A stretch of DNA of 57,523 nt from Chiloscyllium plagiosum (taxonomy: Eukaryota): contig NC_057719.1 in NCBI RefSeq assembly GCF_004010195.1, positions 32,496,529 to 32,554,051 of the forward strand, in the 5' to 3' direction. The translations under genes were made by a program, and so were the position numbers. Shown piece after piece: positions 33,819 to 46,609 of the stretch (position 1 is its first letter; each line of letters begins with the position of its first letter). Under the pieces are notes generated by a model. That model did not search any database, had not been told where the DNA came from, and saw nothing but the letters and a program-made list of their open reading frames with translations.

Positions 33819-35004
33819 AAAAGGCAAATTTGGAAAACAGATTATCTCACATATAATTCTCCAATCCAGAAGGAAAGAACATCAAAAGACAATTCTGAGA
33901 GAAAACTCAGAGAGAGAGTGTAGCAGTTCGGGAGAGATTCACTGCCTTCCAACCCTGCTGAGACCTCAGCAACAACTGCCAAAAGCTAACTGAAAATCTA
34001 TACCTGTGAGAGTTTGACCACACCCACTCAGCATGTTACGATAACCCCCAAGGCCTCACAAGTTGTTAATCTTCTCATAGACTGCTTGATACCTGTCCTC
34101 CAATCTCTCTCTTGAAAAGAAATCAGGACAAAACACATCTTTGTCACAGCATTATCACAAACTTAATCTACAAAATCAGTTGCATTAATACGCAGACCTC
34201 AAAAAGGCACTATTGCTTTCCATCAGCGAGATGACTTTACAACATGTGACTTTCTTGTCAACATGATTTTCAACTTATTTTCTGTTTAGTTGGCACTCAG
34301 GTATCGGTAAGTCTCCGAGTGAGATTGTTAGTCAGCCTGCCAACTATATATGCAATGTAATAGTAATCTAATTAAGCATATAACCCAGTCTGTATTTGTA
34401 AGAGTGAGATGTCAGGTTAGTGTACATTATAAATTGTTAATAATCTTCCAAATGACTCAATAAGAACTCAACTATCTGTGGTTTTTCTTATGTATAACAT
34501 ATAGATAAACAATAGAAGCTCATGACAGATTAAGACAGAAATTTACATAGAAAACTATAACATGAAGAATATATCTTTTCATTTTTATTATTTGAACAGA
34601 TCTGAATCAATTTTATTTTGAAAGGATTAGACTCCATGTTTGGTTTTCTGAGCCACAGTGGTTTTGAGCAGTAATTATTACTTACTGAGACTTTAAAGAT
34701 TCAGTTACAATGATTGCAAAAAATTAAGCTTTTGTTTCAGGATTAATAGGAGAATAGTGGATAATAAGTCTGGAAGGTTAACTCCTTAGTATGAGTTATT
34801 CTATTGGTAATGACAGAAACCACACAGCCAATGGAGGAAAGAAGTATCATCTGATGGCTGCATTTAATTGGTCACATGTAAATATGAGATGTTGCTGTCA
34901 GCTTTACCCATTAACAGAAGCAAGTGCCAGCAATCTTAACATTATTATTGAACCTAAACTTAAATCATGTGTTTTTACTAACATTGGGGTTGAAGCAGGG
35001 AATG

Positions 35005-35510
35005 TAACCCTTAAACCTGTTCCACCCTGTGACAAGATCAAGGCTGCTTTCCTGCATTATTCCTCTATCTCTTGGTGTCATTTGTAACTGGAAGCCTATC
35101 AATTTCAATCTTGAACATTCTTAATGACTGAGTTTTCAATGCCCTGTTAGGAAAGAATTCTAAATATTCACTGCACTCTGAATAAAGAAATTCCTTCTCA
35201 TCCCATTCTTAATGGCTTGTCCCTTATTCTGAAGCTATGTGCCTGTTCTGGATTCTCTAGCCATGGAAAGCATCCTTTCTACAACCACCGTCTCTAGAGT
35301 TTATTTATTCTGTAAGTTTCAATGAGATCACCTCTCATTCTTTCAAACTCTAGAGAATATACATCCAGTCTCCTCAATCTCTCTTCATAGAGCAGCACTA
35401 CCATCGTAGCAATTAGTCTAATGAACCTCTGCTGCTTTCTCTTTGTGGAAAGTCTAAGCTTCCTTAGGTAAATGGATCAAGGCTGCATATAATATTTTAG
35501 GAATGGTTAA
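35005..35510 (-). mobile_element. Old CR1-like 3' fragment
   Basis: Contains GTTTCAATGAGATCACCTCTCATTCTTTCAAACTC, the reverse complement of an RMRGDLIET-like segment. Confidence 0.6.
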
Positions 35511-35939
35511 TCCCATTTTTACTTCTTTGCTCAAATCCTCTTCCGTGTATCTTCCTATTTGTTTATTGCATCAGTATGTTAGCTTCCAGTGACATCCAGA
35601 AGGCCACTCTTTGAGTGAATTAGAAACTGGAGATCAACTTGAAAGTTTCACTGGCTTCCTCTAATTGCCCTTAACAAGGATCTTCAAGAGTATAATATGC
35701 GAAACATCTCATGGGGTCAAGCAGCTAACCCTAAAAGCCCACGTCCACCTTGGCAGAAATGACCAGCAATAGAGTCAGGTTTGGGAAACCAGCACCTTGC
35801 ACACATTGGTATTTGTCTGCCATGTCCACCTCTGTTCCTGACCTCACTGGGGCTGGAAATTCAATCCATGGAGTAACACTTAAAATAGGGTACAGAGTTC
35901 AAATTTAGAATATAAGTGTCAATTTGTATTTTCACCGAA

Positions 35940-36575
35940 TCTCTGGAAACAGGCCATTCAGACCAACAAGTCCATACTGACTCTCCACAGAGCAACTCAT
36001 TCCTTCCTCTATCCCTGTAACCTTCCATTTCTCATGGGGTGGCACAGTGGCTCAGTAGTTAGCACTGCTGCCTTACAGCGCCAGGGACCTGGGTTCAATT
36101 CCCACCTCAGGCAAATGTGTGTGGAGTTTGCACATTTGCCCCGTGTCTGCGTGGGTTTCCTCCGGGTGCTCCGGGTTCCGCCTACAGTCCAAAGATGTGC
36201 AGGTCAGGTGAATTGGCTCTGCTAAATTGCCCATACTGTTAGGCAAGGGGTAAATGTAGGGTTATGGGTCTGGGTGGGTTACTCTTCGGAGGGTCAGTAT
36301 GGACTTATTGGGTCGAAGGGCCTGTTTCCACACTGTAGGGAATCTAATCTAATCTAATCCACTTAACCTACACATCCCTGAACACTATGGGCAATTTAAC
36401 ATGACCAATCCATCTGACCTGCACATCTTTGGGAAGCAGGAGGAAATCTGTGCACTTAGAGGAAACAGACACGGGGAGAATGTGCAAACTCCACACAGTC
36501 ACCCAAGGCTGGAATTGTACCTTGGTCCTTGCACTGTGAGGCAGCAGTGCTAATCACTGAGCTACCATGCTGCCC
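35940..36575 (-). mobile_element. Older HE1-like SINE interrupted by a younger antisense HE1
   Basis: The 3' part lies at 35940-36035 and the 5' part at 36356-36575, ending GCAGCAGTGCTAATCACTGAGCTACCATGCTGCCC. Confidence 0.8.
36036..36359 (+). mobile_element. Full-length HE1-like V-SINE
   Basis: A box TGGCTCAGTAG (36048-36058), B box GGTTCAATTCC (36092-36102), V-core GTGTGGAGTTTGCAC..CCCCGTGTCTGCGTGGGTTTCCTCCGGGTGCTCCGG, and an (AATCT)n tail. Confidence 0.92.
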
Positions 36576-37156
36576 ATTTAGTGTAATGCAATTCACATCA
36601 GGATTTAGGTAGGAAGCAAAAAAACACGATATAGTTTGATAAGATGGATCAGGGCAGGATCGGAGTGAAATAGTTGACTAAACATTTGAAAGTGCTATTT
36701 CAGAATATGATGCAAGTAAAATGCTTCAATTCAAAAAGAAGTCATTAGGAACCAGGAAAGTGGTTAATTGGAATGAAATATATGCATTGCTATTCCAGTA
36801 GTCATTACTTCATTTTAAAAAGAAAGTTATTGGAAAAGACTCATTAAAAAGATCGGTCATGTTTTGTGATTATTGACTTTTTCTTAATGGAAAGAGTTTG
36901 AAATTGAAAACAAAATAAATTCCCATTGGTTTAAAAATGCAAAGCCAGAATCTATAAGCAATCTGTGGGCTTGTATAATGCAAGTCAACAGCGTCATACC
37001 AAGTCTTTATTCATTTTGGCAATGATAGGTTATGTCTCCTTTAAGCCCAGCAAGAGTGGGGAAGTGACAGGAAATAAGGATAGGGGTCCGTATTATAGTC
37101 TGTCCGGAAACACAGGACAAGAGGATATCATAAATCAGAATGTTTTAAAACAAGGT

Positions 37157-37240
37157 CAGAAGTCACACGACACCAAGTTATAGCCCAACAGGTTTATTTA
37201 AAATCACAAGTTTTGAAGAGCTACTCATTTGTCAGGTGAA
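37157..37240 (-). mobile_element. Single-arm fragment of the palindromic mini-element family
   Basis: AAGTCACACGACACCAAGTTATAGCCCAACAGGTTTATTT...GTCAGGTG resembles 17908-17985 and 41488-41565. Confidence 0.6.
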
Positions 37241-38217
37241 GTATTTCAAAACTAGACACTGTCAGGATCAGTCTCGATACTCAGAGCCAGATTTGAAATT
37301 ACAAGAGATCAATGTTTTCATTCATATAACAGTTAAAATAAAAGTAACAGCAAAAAAAATCTCTGATTTTTCAAACATTGATCGGAGATTGGATGAAGTA
37401 GTTAAAAGTTTTGACTGCAAGTCAACTTGTCCGAGAAATAAAGCAAAACCAATTCATATCTGACCTCATCTCATGAAATGCTTCACTCCACATTCAACAG
37501 AATTGGAAAGCAATTGAGCAGAGATTCAAAGCACACGTACAAAATAAAGAGTATTCGGGTCTGCTCGGCCTTTAGGTATTGTTAGAGACAGAGAATCAAC
37601 AGAGGAGTGACAGAATTTAAGGAAATTGAGCTTGACAAATTATTACAGCTCATTTGGAAGTGATTTGTATAGACAGCTTCCAATTGTGACCACTGCAGAT
37701 GGCTAAACAGATGAGCAAGAGCATTTGAAGCACCTGAAAGATTTGTTGAAAGATTTCATGCTGAGGAAACTAGGCGAGGTGTTTTCACATGATTATGCTG
37801 CCTTTACATTAACATTCTACACAGAAGGGACAAGTCTAGTCAATGAAATATGTTTTAAAGAGAAATAAAAATTAAAGCTATTAAATCAGAAACTTGCCAG
37901 ATGATAACCATGTTTATCATTAAATAAGCTCAGGCAATGCTCTCTAATCTTTAACCAATTAATGATCAGAATATGCCAGTTAATGAAAATAGAATGGCAG
38001 GATAATGAATGGCCTGTTTCTGTGCTTTAGAATTGAGTTAATCATTAGCCCATACAACTTAGAATAACTTACAATTCCTTAGCAAACCAAAATCTAGTGA
38101 ATTTTGCAAAATGAATACTAATACATCTATTACTTCAGCCATCTTTTTTAAGCCATAGTTCCATCAATTTGATTAGTGCTGTTTCCCTGGTGATTGCAAT
38201 TCACCAAATGCTTCTCT

Positions 38218-39432
38218 TAGAGTCATAGAGATGCACAGCATGGAAACAGACCCTTCGGTCCAACCCGTCCATGCCGACTAGATATCCCAACCCAATCTAG
38301 TCCCACCGGCCAGCACCCGGCCCATATCCCTCCAAACCCTTCCTATTCATAGACCTATCCAAATGCCTCTTAAACGTTGCAATTGTACCAGGCTCCACCA
38401 CTTACTCTGGCAGCTCATTCCATACACATACCATCCTCTGTGTGAAAAAGTTGCCCCTTAGGTCTCTTTTATATTTCTCCCCCCTCACCCTAAACCTATG
38501 TCTAGTTCTGGACTCCCCGACCCCAGGGAAAAGACTTTGTCTATTTATCCTATCTGTGCCCCTCATGATTTTGTAAACCTAAGGTCACCCCTCAACCTCC
38601 GACGCTCCAGGGAAAACAGCCCCAGCCTGTTCAGCCTCTCCCTATAGCTCAGATCCTCCAACCCTGGCAACATTCTTGTAAATCTTTTCTGAACCCTTTC
38701 AAGTTTCATAACATCTTTCCGATAGGAAGGAGACCAGAATTGCACTCAATATTCCAACAGTGGCCTAACCAATGTTCTGTACAGCCGCAACATGACCTCC
38801 CAACTCCTGTACTTAATACTCTGGCCAATGAAAGAAAGAATACCAAATGCCGTCTTCACTATCCTATCGACCTGTGACTCTACTTTCAGGGAGTTATGAA
38901 CCTTTACACCAAGGTCCCTTTGATCAGCAACACTCCCTCGGACCTTACCATTAAGTGTATAAGTCCTGCTAAGATTTGCTTTCCCAAAATGCAGCACCTC
39001 GCATTTATCTGAATTAAACTCCATCTACCACTTCTCAGCCCATTGGCCCATCTGGTCAAGATCCTGTTGTAATCTGAGGTAACCTTCTTCGCTGTCCACT
39101 ACACCTCCAATCTTGGTGTCATCTGCAAACTTCCTAACTGTATCTCTTATGCTCACATCAAAATCATTTATGTAAATGACAAAAAGTAGAGGACCCAGCA
39201 CCGATCCTTGTGGCACTCCACTGGTCACTGGTCTGAAAAACAACCCTCCACCATCACCCTCTGTCTTCTACCTTTGAGCCAGTTCTGTATCCAAATGGCT
39301 AGTTCTCCCTGTATTCTGTGAGATCTAACCTTGCTATTCAGTCTCCCATGGGGAACCTTGTCGAATGCCTTACTGAAGTCCATATAGATCACATCTACCA
39401 CTCTGCCCTCATCAATATTCTTTGTTGCTTCT
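38218..39432 (-). mobile_element. 5'-truncated CR1/HER1 LINE
   Basis: ORF pieces [34 protein letters not shown] and [10 protein letters not shown]. The 3' tail is at 38218. Confidence 0.95.
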
Positions 39433-39445
39433 TCTTACCTTTTTC

Positions 39446-39796
39446 TCATTCATTCATGAGATGAGGGCATCACTGGCAAGGGAAGCATTTATTGCCTATC
39501 CCTAATTGACCAGAGGGCAGGTAAGAGTCAACCACATTGCGATGGGTTTGGAGTCACATGTAGGCCAGAGCAGGTAAGGATGGCAGTTTCCTTCCCCGAA
39601 GGGGTTTAGTGAAACAGATGGGTTTTTCCCAACAATCTACAATGAATTCATGGTCATCATTCAACCCTTCATTCCAGATTTTTTTGTTGAATTCAAGTTC
39701 CACAATCGGCCAATGGTAGGATTCAAAGCTGGATCCCCAGAACATGACCTGGGCCTCTGGATTAACAGTCCGTGTTAATATCACTAGGCCATCACC
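39446..39796 (-). mobile_element. SacSINE1-like (Deu-domain) tRNA-derived SINE
   Basis: The minus strand has a head GGTGATGGCCTAGTG...TTTGAATCC, a core CTGCCATCCTTACCTG..TGGCCTACATGTGACTCC..CCCA..GCAATGTGGTTGACTCTT, and the LINE-like tail shared with 21170-21235. Confidence 0.75.
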
Positions 39797-41483
39797 TTCC
39801 CAAATGCACTTCCTGATTTACAGCTAGATATAGGATTATTAGCAAAACTGAAATTTCATAATTGACTTAGTTATAAATCACACAACTTGTGCCTAATCAT
39901 TGAGCAATCTAATATTATTTTATTCTGCTTAAGTATATCTAAAATAGACTTTGATAATGTAATATCATTTGACTCTGCTTGGCTTCATTTGACAAAGAAA
40001 TACACTGTCGGATTGCGAACAGAGTGAAGACAATAACCTAATGTTTGAGATTTATAGCAATTAGACTGAAGGGTTCTGTTCAGTTTGTGTGTAGTTAAGA
40101 GATAGACTTTCCAACTAGAATCAGATGAGATTGTATAATCACAGATCATTATTCCTTATGAAATTGTAACCCCAGCTGTCTCCTTATATTGGTATATCTT
40201 AATTTGATTATGAGAGTTAACTTTGTGATAATGTGGTTATGTTTATAATTGTGTAATTCTTTAGATTTTAATATACCTTGTATAATAATTTGTAGAGATT
40301 AATATACTTTCTGATCATCTATTAGTTTTGCTTTTAAAGCAAACTAGGCAATATAAACTATTTCAAAGCATTCAAACACAGCACAATCCCACCCAAAAAA
40401 AATGGTCAGTGATAAGTAAGTGCTTGATTTAATGGGAGCTTTCCAAATAACTGAGAATTGAACGATGAGCTCAAAGAGATCAATCTGTGGATGCTGATGG
40501 CAAATGCCTCCCTAACTCTGTATTAGCGAGGTAAAGGACATTACAAATAATCATTTAGTTTAGTGAAAATAATAAAGTGACAATGTCAGAAATTAATGAT
40601 GAGGTTGGACCCATGGATAATTGGCAAATTAAGGAACCATTTAAGAGATAGTGAGAGGTGACATCACTCAATGTCCATCACCCTTAAGAACCAAGTAGAC
40701 ATTGATTAGAAATCCCTTAATCAATGAGCAATAAGCCTTACCTAGCCTAGGCCAATCAGAATGTGCTTATGTAATGATGTGGGTTGTGCTTAGAAAGAGG
40801 TAATAGGTAACAGCTTTCAGTGACCAATGTGTGCAATAGTTGTGAAGTTATCCTACTTCCAATTGGAAGGGGAAAGCCCTCAAAAGATTGGAGATAGAGA
40901 CACAGATCCATAACATACCTGCAATGTTGCTGTCCAGCTTTGATAGGTATCATTTAAAACATAACTTTTTTTCTGAGTTATAGTACTGCCTTGAGTCTCA
41001 AATAAACAAATTTATGTTAATATTTGAGTTTGAATAGTGTGACCCCTAAAACTTACACTGGAATGCGCTTGTACCTTTTGCAACGAAAACAGAAGCAAAA
41101 TATTTGGTTTGTTTTATCCAGCATTTCCTTATTATCTGCTATAACTCCCCATTCTCACTATTCAGTGGATCAACATTCACTTTACTTCCTTGTTCCCCTT
41201 CTAATGTGGAACCTCTTGCCATCCATCTTTTACATTTCTAGCTAGCTTCTTCACGTACTCTGATTTCTTTCTCCTGTTTTTATTTGCTCATTCTCTGACT
41301 TTCTGAGTTTTCTGTTCAATTATCTGACATGCCCCTCAAATTTGTGCAAATAAATACTTTTTTCTTTCAATTTGGTGCTTTCTTTAACTCCTTTAGGTAA
41401 CTAGAGAATGTGGTCCTCCAATTAGACTTTATCTTTATAATAGGAGTACACTTATTTTGAATATTGTGAGCTATCCCCTTAAA

Positions 41484-41690
41484 GTTAAAAATCACACAAC
41501 ACCAGGTTTTGGTCCAACAGGTTTGTTTGGAAGCACTAGCTTTCAGAGCACTGCTCCTTCATTAGATGGGTGTGTGGAGGAGCAGCGCTCAGAAAGCTAA
41601 TACTTCCAAATAAACCTGTTGGACTATAACCTGGTGTTGTGTGATTTTTAACTTTGTACACCCCAGTCCAATACCGGCATCTCCAAATCA
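41484..41690. mobile_element. Second palindromic PLE-derived mini-element with perfect 12-bp TSD
   Basis: Inverted repeat 41481-41655 plus a ~35 bp tail (GTACACCCCAGTCCAATACCGGCATCTCCAAATCA), closely similar to 17901-18116. TSD TATCCCCTTAAA at 41472-41483 and 41691-41702. Confidence 0.8.
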
Positions 41691-41849
41691 TATCCCCTTA
41701 AACACCTGTAACAGTTTCTCTGTTGATCTATCTCCTTGACTCATATGCCAGTTCACTTCAACTACCTTAGCTTTCTTGTTCACAAGCTGGCCTTATTTAA
41801 ATGTAATATACTAGTTAGTTGTTTAATCGTCCACCATTATTCACAACTC

Positions 41850-44090
41850 AGTGAGGTAGGGCTGAAAAGTGTGAATCTGATCCATTGGTTGTGGGATCAC
41901 TTAACTCTGCCCAGAGCATGTCACTGCCACTATTTGCTGAGCAAGTTGTCCTGTATCGTAGCAACACCAGATTGACACTGCGTTTTTAGAAATGCTCAGC
42001 ATTGCTCCTGGCATTTCCTCCTCCATTGTTCATCAAATCAGGGCTGATCTTCTGGCTTGATGGTAATGGTAGATGGGGAAGCTGCTGGGCCATGAGGTTG
42101 CAGATTGTGTTTGAATACAGTTCTGTTATCGCTGATTGCTGACAGTACCTCATGGGTATTCAGTCTTGAGTTGCTAGATCTGTTAAAAATTTGTCCCACT
42201 TAGAATCGTGATAGTGCCACATATCAAAAATGGAGGGAATCCTCGATGTAAGGATGGGACTTGGTCTTCACAGGGATTGTGTGGTGATCGCTGCTAACTA
42301 ATACGTCCTGGACAGATGCAAGTGCAAGAGGCAGATTGAGGACAAAGCCATGGCAGCTATGTCCTTTCTCACTGAGCTGTCTTGATCAGTAGTGGCACTA
42401 AAAGGTGACTCTTGTTACTGCACATTGACGTTTCCTAACCGGGTACATTCTGTTTCTTTGTCACCATCAGTCATAGAATCCAGCAAAATCAGTCCAAGCT
42501 TTGCTGGTCAGTCAGAAGGGGAAATCTTGTAGATTCATTCCATGGAATGGAATGTGGTGAGTTGTGGGGGAGGGAGCAGGGGTGTCGTGTCTAAACTGAG
42601 GAGTTTCCAGGGTCTGTCCATGGTATTGTTGAAACTGTGACAGCTTAAGTCTGGGTAGTGGCCTGACGGTATTAGCTGAGTGAGAGAATTGTTAGAGCCA
42701 CAAGAGACAGAGGGTTGCAATCTGGTCCAGGTAGGGGAGGGGACTGGGCAGTCTAAAAGGGCCAGGGGCACAGATATTGTCCAATTCTGGATCAGAGACT
42801 CCAGGTTCATGTCCCACCTGCTGCAGAGGTATGTTGTCATGTATTTAAACAGGTTGATTGAAGGAAAATACTTTTTGTTTAAGCTCAATGCATCCAGATC
42901 CTGTTCATGCCCAAATCATGATTGATGCCATCCATAGCCTCAAAACCATGGCACTCAGTCCTGACAGTTCTCATTTTGTTAAGGTGGCTTAAGAGTGCAG
43001 TGGACTACCAACTGAACTGACCCCATCTCAGATGGAATTGCATGGATGGCCCTCCCGAGGGAACCACTGCCCCACAAGGTGAGTCATCTCGCAAAAATGC
43101 CCTCTGTTCTGTTTCGCTTGGTGCCAAGTTTTGAGGGGGCTACTGTTGAAATTTTATTTGCCTTCAGCCCCGTATCCCTCATCTTTGGCCAGCTGGTGCA
43201 GAGGCAGTCAGACAGATCAGAAGATTTCCTTGTGAGTCTGCTCCTAGGCTTGGCCAAGGCAGCTGTAAACATGTCAAACAGCAGCCAGTGAAGGAGGTCT
43301 TTCAGCCAGATGCCTGTCCATCTTTCACTATTATACCTTTTGAGAAGGAGCATGCAGTGTGAATTGGTATACTCGAAGCATTCCTTGGTTACTGTGAGGT
43401 TAGACTGCAGCAGTAGCCCCAAAAATCAGTTTCATTTGAATTTGTAAATTTAATTTGCAATTTTTCCTTGGTTAATGTGTTTGATTTAATTTGCATTATT
43501 TGTTTCTAAAACAGTAGCTCCCACCATCCAATTCTGCCCTGATCTTATGATATACTGAGTGAAAGGACATTATTGTCTGATTGGCATCTCAGGATCTCTT
43601 AGGTCTACAAAAGTCAATGGAGCAAGACACATTCATTTTAAACCTCATCTTCCCCATTGGCAATAGCACACATTCATAGAGTAGCATTGTTTCATCAACG
43701 AAGGGGGATGTGGTATGTAGAATTCAGCAGGATGTTCCATTTTCTATTTTTGACCTGATTCTATGACAATTCATGGGGTCTGGCATCAATGTTAATGACT
43801 CCCAAGACAAGTCTCTCCTGACTGTTGTACTACTGAACCTCCAATTCTACTGGGTCTGTTCTACTGTTAGGACAAGTTATTAATAGGAATAGTGATAGTT
43901 GTGTTTGGGACATTATAAGGTATGATTTGGTGAGTTTGATGATCTCAGGCCATTATTGATTAGTCTGATGGAGACCTCTCCCAACCTTTGCATAAATGTT
44001 AGACCCAGATTTTGGGAAGGAGGACTTTGCAGTGTTGACAGGCCTGGGTTTGTCGTAGTTATTTTCAGTAGTTAAGTTAATGGCTGGTGG
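41850..44090 (-). mobile_element. Old CR1/L2-like LINE (endonuclease region), split by the 42470-43680 insertion
   Basis: Degenerate LINE-like sequence at 41850-42470 appears to resume near 43680. This rests on recalled shark LINE sequence, not on an alignment. Confidence 0.5.
42467..43680 (+). repeat. Arm 1 of a ~1.2 kb inverted duplication (contains a Tx1-like fragment)
   Basis: Reverse complement of 46610-47740. ORFs 43046-43291(+) and 47013-47258(-) are nearly identical (EDFLVSL.LGLAKAA.NMS). Confidence 0.92.
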
Positions 44091-44239
44091 TCTGTCCAGG
44101 ACATTAGCCTGGGATTCTGGACCATTACTTCAGTGAGACTATGACAATGCCACCCATGCCTTGAACTGCTACATCATTGTCTCCCCAGCACTACCACAAT
44201 AATAGTAGTATTCATTAGGCAGTGGACTCATTGATATCG

Positions 44240-44940
44240 CTCATGTGTCTTTGGTGGAAGGACAACTTTAGCTCTCTTTTTAGTCCTCTCCTTCTTTCTG
44301 TTTCTTCAGCAGTCCCTTGAAACTGAGGGTGACTTTCTTCCACACTGAAGTTATGAGTCCTGAAGTGATAAGATAGTCTGATCCTGAATCCATACATCCT
44401 TCCCGCCTGTGGAACAAGTCGTGTTTTAGTAGGTGGGTGAGATGCTCAGTTTCTACATGCTCTTTCCACTGAGTGCACTGAGCCTCCAGCTGGAGTGGGG
44501 GAGGGTGTGTGTGCGGTGGGGTGGGGTGATTAGTCTATTGAAGATGTACCTTCACACATACCTGTTTCTCCAGTTTGGTTGATGAGTGGGGTGAGTTATT
44601 CCCGTGAGACAGTAGAAAATTTACATTTTTTCAGGGAGGCTTTCAGAACATCCTTAATGTTCTTCTGCCCTTTCTTAAGCCATTTGTTGTGAAGTAGCAC
44701 AGACAGAGAACTTGCTTTGGGAGTGTGGTGTCAGGCTTGTAGATGATGTGCCCCTTGTTGATTGACTGTAACCAGTGCCTTGATACTGGGGCTGTTTACT
44801 TAGAGAGGATTTGCGAGGTTTTGAAGAGAGGTCACCGGTAGTGTTTCTCAAGGGATTCTCTGTAACACCATTACTTAAGAGATAATGTTGGTCCAATGCA
44901 AGGTTTGTGCATCATTTTAGGTTTCAGAGAGTGAGGAGGT
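44240..44940 (-). mobile_element. Degraded RTE-clade LINE 3' part
   Basis: The minus strand gives GQKNIKDVLKA (~44670-44640) and the C-terminal TCSTGGRMYGFRIRLSYHFRTH (~44420-44355), resembling the RTE terminal zinc finger. Confidence 0.6.
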
Positions 44941-45301
44941 TGGTTGAAAGGAAAACAATCAATATTTTGTTGCAAAATTAAAACAAATAGAAAATCAACA
45001 TATTCCTTGAGGAATGTGAAATATGGAGAACAGAGGAGGAAGAGCCAACTATGTCAATGTAACCGTAATATAAACAAAAATTCCTATACCCAGCTTTGGG
45101 CCCTTGCTGGCATTTCCCTCATCTCTCAGCAAGCCTCCTCAGCTTGACTGAGGACCTTTTGAAAGAAGGTAGAAGCTGTAAGTGCTGCAGTGTCTTGACA
45201 GCTCCCTAGATATTTAGTGCAGATCTGCATTACCTGGCTGTACTAGTGACAGAGGATTTGAACGTTAGGGAGGGGAATCCTTTTCCAGTGACGAAGACTA
45301 C

Positions 45302-45340
45302 TGGCTGATGATAGGCTGATGATAGGTTGATGATAGGCTG
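45302..45340. repeat. Short 11-bp tandem repeat (GGCTGATGATA, about 3.5 copies)
   Basis: Read directly from the sequence. Confidence 0.85.
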
Positions 45341-46064
45341 CTCTGATTGCTATGTGAGTACAATTAATCTCACCCTGAACCTATGTGAAACGAATGATGG
45401 CTGAGAGTTTTAATGTCTCGAATACCTGGCTCAAGGGAGAGCAAGGTGAAGAGCTAGGCTCTTGCAAAGAGAGCACCAGAGACATTTGAGATGCAGTTTT
45501 GAGGGGGGCACTGTGAAATGTGACAGAAATGCCCAGTAGTTACCTGAACTGACCAAACTGGCAAAGAAATTAAGGGCAAGCTGTTACCACTGGGCATATT
45601 AAGATGGATTGCCATCCAGTCTAGCAGTTCCTCAGCCAGTGATTGACATGATGGCTCGGGATATTCTGAAACGATTAACACTGGCTGGAGATAACTGCAT
45701 GAAGGCCTGTTGATCCTGTTTTACGCTGAAACTCTCCTTCTACATATGGCTCTTATCCTGCTGCTTCTCCTTCTGCAAGGCTGCACTGCAGCCAGTGAGA
45801 GCTGCTGTTGTTAACTTAACGGGCTTTGGTGAGGGTTTAATTCATATTTTTCTTGCACTCCTACATCTGCCAGGTTGATTTGTGTTTATGCCATTTCACT
45901 TCTCGGAGATCAGTGAGAGCAGCAAGTGAAACTCTACCTGAGGAGAGGGAGACTTTGCCACAGACATGTTTCTCCATGAAGCTCCAAGTTCTGCCCTCAT
46001 CTCCTAAGTTGTTTTGACAGGATATTTCCTCACATGAGAGAAACTAATCATTGTTTAAAAATTA

Positions 46065-46320
46065 ATTACCCATTTAAAACAGAATTGAAGTGCATTTTTT
46101 TCTTATGGATGTTGTTTGGAACTCTCTTCCTCAAAAGGCAGTGAAAGGAGAGTTTTTGAATATTCTTAAACCCAAGGTAGATTCTTGCTAAGCGAGCAAG
46201 TGAAAGATTATTGGATAGGTAGGAATGTAGATTTGTGGTTACAATATAATTAGCCTACATTCTTATTAAATGATGGGACAGGCTTGAAGGGCTGAACAAT
46301 CTCCTCATTCTCCTTGTTCA
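46065..46320 (+). mobile_element. Old CR1-like 3' end
   Basis: Reads TGGAACTCTCTTCCTCAAAAGGCAGTG...GGCTTGAAGGGCTGAA and is similar to 19600-19830. Confidence 0.6.
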
Positions 46321-46609
46321 TCTGTTCACATTTCATACCTGGCCCAGTCTCCAAGCAGCATGTGCTGCACGTGATTTTGTATTGCTCTTTGGTTTCTGAG
46401 GACACCTCTTTGTTCTTGTCTTCACAGGCACTTGGAAGCACCCACAGCTGCTGGATTACCCTGTGGCTCAACAATACATGTACAAATCTCATCCTGACCC
46501 CATCTAACTGGCCCAATGCTGGTAGGAGGTCTCACACTAATTGGTAGCCACCCTCTCCAAACTGTGTGTGTGTGTGTGTGTACAGCAGTTGTAATGTAAC
46601 AACTTACAG

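Noticed and set aside
36036..36105. tRNA gene
   Set aside because: The A and B boxes belong to the tRNA-derived head of an HE1 SINE and run directly into the V-core and LINE-like tail.
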